Shown here in pieces: positions 60,691 to 64,000 of a stretch of DNA of 64,000 nt. Made by a program: the position numbers and the translations under genes. Below the pieces are notes generated by a model. That model saw only the letters and a program-made list of their open reading frames with translations, searched no databases and was not told where the DNA came from. Positions within the stretch are counted from its first letter, which is position 1. Each line of letters opens with the position of its first letter. Source of the DNA: an uncultured Gammaproteobacteria bacterium (GTDB lineage Bacteria; Patescibacteriota; Microgenomatia; CAZETR01; Amesbacteraceae); the NCBI GenBank assembly GCA_964356225.1, contig CAYHGA010000001.1:29573-93572 (forward strand). Reading direction: 5' to 3'.

Positions 60691-62012
60691 TGGATCCTGT
60701 CCAAGACCCGAAAACTAATTTACCGCCAACGATTATGCCAACGACTGAAGACGTTGTTCCTACTCCCCCACCTACTCCCATATCCCCTCCCTCACCCGTC
60801 CCGATAATTGAGCCCCCAATAGGTCCGGCGCCGGTTCCGGCGAGCGACAGTGGCGACAACGCCCAGATTATAAAACCAAAGGTTAAATGGGGCAAGGGAG
60901 CGCTGATCGGAAGTGTGGCGGCATTGATGGTGCTGGTGGTGGGGTTGGGTTTTGGGTTGTGGCAGATAAGACAAAATCAAAATATAAAACCTTTAAAAGC
61001 AGGGCTTTGTGATTCCACCTCCCCCAATATCACTTGTGTAATTACTGACAACAAATGCGTCTGGAAACCAGATAATTCAGGGGCCTGTCTGGATAACTGG
61101 TATATTCCGGGTACTGAATATTTTTGCGGTGAAGGAGCTCCTGGGCAAACCATAACTTATGGTTGTACGGATGGATATTATCCGACCAAGGCAACTTGTG
61201 ACGCAAGAGACGGGGGAGTTCAAGGATCTAGCGTATGTCAGGGTTCTAGCGGTGGGCCGACGCCGACGCCGACACCGCCGGGGGCGACGTGTAATTCGAC
61301 AACCACAGCGGAAGTAAATATAAACGGGAGTGGATGGACAAGTAGTAATGGGCTAGTGAGACCGGGAGATAGTGTGCAATTTAGAGCGGCACCGGCTGGC
61401 GGGAGAACTGCGCTGCTACTTAATACCACTGGGCAAACGGGCAGCCAGTGTTCAAGCGACCCGGGAGCAGGGGTTGCATGTCCAGGCGGGCCGGTGTTGA
61501 TGGATAACGGTTGGTGGGGAAACTATGTGGGGCAAACTATAAGTGTGAGTGCGTTTCAATTCGGAAGTAACTGGTACACGTCGCTCGGCGGAAGTTGTGA
61601 AGATAGTTTGAGCTTGACGATTGTGCCTATTGGCCCCACTCCGACGCCCACTCCAACACCAATTTCTACCCCGACCCCCACTCCGACGCCCACTCCAACA
61701 CCAACGCCGCCGCCGGGGCCGAGTTCGCAGTGTCAGAGAATGATAGCTATCCGAGGTACGGAGGAAATTGCTTCGGCCAATTGGGTCACCACTTTACAGC
61801 CCGGAGACGTGGTGGTGTTCAGAGGGTTTGCCAGTGCCAGTAACACTACGGTGACGGCAATTAATTTCTCGATTACTATAAATGGCGGAACTCCACAGCA
61901 AATTCCGGGGACTAATTTTCAGCTGGTGGGGGGCGTGTGGCAAGCGGATACGGGATCGATAACTATTGCAGCCGGAAGTTATTCGGTGGTGGCTACCCCG
62001 ATTTACCCATAA
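60690..62012 (+). CDS. Membrane-anchored Cys-rich surface protein with (TP)n linkers
   Basis: Pro-rich N-terminus, a TM helix, Cys-rich modules, and PTPTPTPP and TPTPTPTPISTPTPTPTPTPTPTPPP linkers. Confidence 0.45.
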   Translation: MDPVQDPKTNLPPTIMPTTEDVVPTPPPTPISPPSPVPIIEPPIGPAPVPASDSGDNAQIIKPKVKWGKGALIGSVAALMVLVVGLGFGLWQIRQNQNIKPLKAGLCDSTSPNITCVITDNKCVWKPDNSGACLDNWYIPGTEYFCGEGAPGQTITYGCTDGYYPTKATCDARDGGVQGSSVCQGSSGGPTPTPTPPGATCNSTTTAEVNINGSGWTSSNGLVRPGDSVQFRAAPAGGRTALLLNTTGQTGSQCSSDPGAGVACPGGPVLMDNGWWGNYVGQTISVSAFQFGSNWYTSLGGSCEDSLSLTIVPIGPTPTPTPTPISTPTPTPTPTPTPTPPPGPSSQCQRMIAIRGTEEIASANWVTTLQPGDVVVFRGFASASNTTVTAINFSITINGGTPQQIPGTNFQLVGGVWQADTGSITIAAGSYSVVATPIYP

Positions 62013-62586
62013 TTTTATGGATGCAAAACCACAAATTAATGTTATCAGACCAAAGGGCGGTTTTAGCCTGCCGAAACTGCCTAAACTCAACCCGGTGATG
62101 ATAGTGGTGGCTACGGTGATTTTAGCTCTGGTGTCGGTAATTTCGGCCATACTGCTGTATCAGAAAAAACAAGAGCCAGTGGCGCCGAATGTGGGCGTGC
62201 CCAGCCGGGCAGCGGAAGGAACAGCGTGTGTGGCCAACTTTATAATATCTGCTTCCCCAACTCCTACACCAACTGAAGGACCAACGCCTACCCCAACACC
62301 GACACCCACGCCAACCCCCACGCCGGGATCCGGGAAGCCAAATAATTGTGGTGGAACTTGTGGATCAAATGCCAATTGTGAAGGCGGGCTGTTCTGCTAT
62401 GACACCGGAGTGCAAAAATATTGCCGGAACCCGCAAAATCCAACCAGCGAGACGTGTGCTGGAGCGGCTCCAACACCTACTCCAGCGGCATTGCAACAAG
62501 CTGGAGACGTGATGGGGACGTGGACTGTTTCAATCGCGGGAGCGATATTACTAATACTTGGATCTGTGGTAATGTTTGCGCTATAA
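61966..62586 (+). CDS. Small Cys-rich membrane protein with a TP linker and a C-terminal TM anchor
   Basis: The probable start is MDAKPQ near 62017. It has a TM helix, PTPTPTEGPTPTPTPTPTPTPTPG, the module CGGTCGSNANCEGGLFCYD...C and a C-terminal hydrophobic anchor. Confidence 0.4.
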   Translation: MQPEVIRWWLPRFTHNFMDAKPQINVIRPKGGFSLPKLPKLNPVMIVVATVILALVSVISAILLYQKKQEPVAPNVGVPSRAAEGTACVANFIISASPTPTPTEGPTPTPTPTPTPTPTPGSGKPNNCGGTCGSNANCEGGLFCYDTGVQKYCRNPQNPTSETCAGAAPTPTPAALQQAGDVMGTWTVSIAGAILLILGSVVMFAL

Positions 62587-62589
62587 AAA

Positions 62590-63786
62590 TCAGCGCCAGG
62601 AGGGAAGCCAAAAGTATTGATCGACCAAGGTTTTAGGAAGGTGAATGCCTACCCACATTGGATAAAAATAGATAAAGGCTCCCAGAATTAAGATACTAGA
62701 TGTTATGGTGGCCCATCTGGGCAATTTAGAAAGAGTATAGGCCAAAGCAATGCAGAGAAAAGGGACCGAGGGAAGATAATGATAGAGAAACATAATGCGA
62801 GGAGCGCGGGCCCAGGGGAGCCAGAAAGTTAAATATCCAATCACGATAATTCCCAATTTCCAATCACGTTTTTTCAAGGCGTGATACGCTGTAAAAACAA
62901 TGGCCGGGATGCCCAGCCACCAGAGAATGGGGTTGCCCATACCGTAAATGTTGGCGATTTTATCGCCGGCGTAATCTACAAAGTACCAAACCGGCCGGAG
63001 CATAACAGGCCAAGTCCACCAGGAGGATTGGTAAGTATGAGTGGCTTTGAGGCTAGTGTTGTACCACCACATTTGATTTTGTAATTCCAGGAAATTTTTC
63101 CAGGAGCCGCCGAGAATAAAATATTGAGAATATGAAAGAACATATAAAACTGCAGGAATAAAAATCAACGAAATAAAAATAGAGGGCCATTTGCGAAAGC
63201 GGGTAATATTCTGTAAACCAATCCATGTTCCAAAAACAGCAATGGCGTAAAGGCCTGTCCATTTGGTAGCAATCAAGAGACCGAGAGAAAACGCGAGAGG
63301 GATTAGGTTATAGGTTCTAGGTTTTAGTTGATAGCGAATAAAGGTCCAGAAAGATAGCAGAATGAAAAAGGTGGCGACAATGTCGTTCATATTAATACGC
63401 GATGAAGTAAGAAGCAGGCCATCGAGGGCCGCCAGGGCGGCTGCGAAAAGAGCCCAACGCTTGGAGCTTAGTAAATCACTGGAAATTAAATAAACAAGAT
63501 AAACAACGCCGGTGCCGATTAAAACGTTGGCGATGCGCCAGCCGAAAGAATTGGGGCCAAAAATGAGAATACCGGTGGCGCCCATTAACTTAGCAAGTGG
63601 TGGGTGTGTCCAACCATAAGCGGTACCCGGAGGGGTGGTATGAAACCATTCGTAGGCGTCTTTGTTACCTTTAGCCATTTCCAGAGTAGTAAATGCGTTA
63701 TAGACCTCGTCGAAATAAAAGTTGGGCGGGTAGGAAATATTGAAAACGCGGGTTATAAAAGTAAAGGCTAGAATTAGGCCGAGCAT
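62590..63786 (-). CDS. PMT-family (GT39/PMT_2-like) polyprenol-phosphate-sugar glycosyltransferase
   Basis: The N-terminal loop-1 motif FDEVY and the HPPLAKL block are characteristic of protein O-mannosyltransferase-type GT-C enzymes. It is polytopic, 398 aa. Confidence 0.6.
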   Translation of the reverse strand: MLGLILAFTFITRVFNISYPPNFYFDEVYNAFTTLEMAKGNKDAYEWFHTTPPGTAYGWTHPPLAKLMGATGILIFGPNSFGWRIANVLIGTGVVYLVYLISSDLLSSKRWALFAAALAALDGLLLTSSRINMNDIVATFFILLSFWTFIRYQLKPRTYNLIPLAFSLGLLIATKWTGLYAIAVFGTWIGLQNITRFRKWPSIFISLIFIPAVLYVLSYSQYFILGGSWKNFLELQNQMWWYNTSLKATHTYQSSWWTWPVMLRPVWYFVDYAGDKIANIYGMGNPILWWLGIPAIVFTAYHALKKRDWKLGIIVIGYLTFWLPWARAPRIMFLYHYLPSVPFLCIALAYTLSKLPRWATITSSILILGAFIYFYPMWVGIHLPKTLVDQYFWLPSWR

Positions 63787-63802
63787 ACGCTAAAATAATA
63801 GC

Positions 63803-64000
63803 ATGATAGAGTTGGTTTTGGGGACATTGTTAGGAACTTGGGCAAGTTTCCTGGCGTCTTTGATGACAAAACAGGTTGAGGTATGGCCGTTTGTGGCAGT
63901 ATTTGCCGCGTGCACAGGGTCTCTCCTTGTACGTCTGCGGCCGAACAAGGAAAGACCCTCTTCTTGGTTGTTTTGGCTGACAATCGTGGGGTGGGGGGCG
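63803..64000 (+). CDS. Partial ORF for a membrane protein (runs off the window)
   Basis: Hand translation from the ATG at about 63803: MIELVLGTLLGTWASFLASLMTKQVEVWPFVAVFAACTGSLLV..., hydrophobic with no stop before the window end. Confidence 0.3.
   Translation, partial: MIELVLGTLLGTWASFLASLMTKQVEVWPFVAVFAACTGSLLVRLRPNKERPSSWLFWLTIVGWGA

Noticed and set aside
63774-63983. Minus-strand 69-aa ORF at the right edge
   Set aside because: A plus-strand ORF beginning at about 63803 encodes a convincingly hydrophobic membrane-protein N-terminus. The minus-strand ORF is Ser/Pro/Cys-rich with no features.
1-64000. Recoded TGA (Gracilibacteria/SR1-type code 25)
   Set aside because: rpoB, infA and several ribosomal genes terminate cleanly at TGA. 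The standard code fits all conserved genes.

Overview
This 64-kb window looks like a Candidate Phyla Radiation (Patescibacteria)-type genome segment, about 48% GC with standard TGA stops. The calls rest on gene content (short AlaRS, IF-2 and NusA, no ribosomal protein L30) and motif reading only; no searches were run.

The conserved core is:
- rpoC (5' end) and rpoB.
- An alaS–ruvX–zinc-ribbon–mltG block.
- ftsK, RNase J, pnp–rpsO, infB–nusA, fusA and tuf.
- An almost complete S10–spc–alpha ribosomal operon from rpsJ to rpsK that includes secY, adk, map, infA and rpmJ but lacks rpmD; rpoA and rplQ are not downstream.
- The hrcA–grpE–dnaK operon with a CIRCE operator, then lepA, murJ and rpsT.

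Accessory, AT-rich material lies between these blocks:
- Two AbiEi/AbiEii-like modules, each next to a paralogous membrane-anchored secreted protein.
- A Phd(AbrB-type)/Doc pair.
- A mini-island carrying VapBC, a Lon-like AAA+ ATPase with no protease domain, an HExxH protein, and a Phd gene with a truncated RelE/ParE remnant.
- A convergent Type II restriction–modification pair inserted into the nusA–infB–rpsO–pnp neighbourhood.
- A sortase coupled to an FtsA/PilM-like membrane protein.
- A translationally coupled run of three tiny hydrophobic peptide genes plus a 129-aa protein upstream of lepA.
- A pilin-like cell-surface locus at the right end, beside a PMT/GT39-type glycosyltransferase.

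No rRNA, tRNA or CRISPR array was recognised. Coordinates for features absent from the supplied ORF track were counted by hand and may be off by one or two bases.
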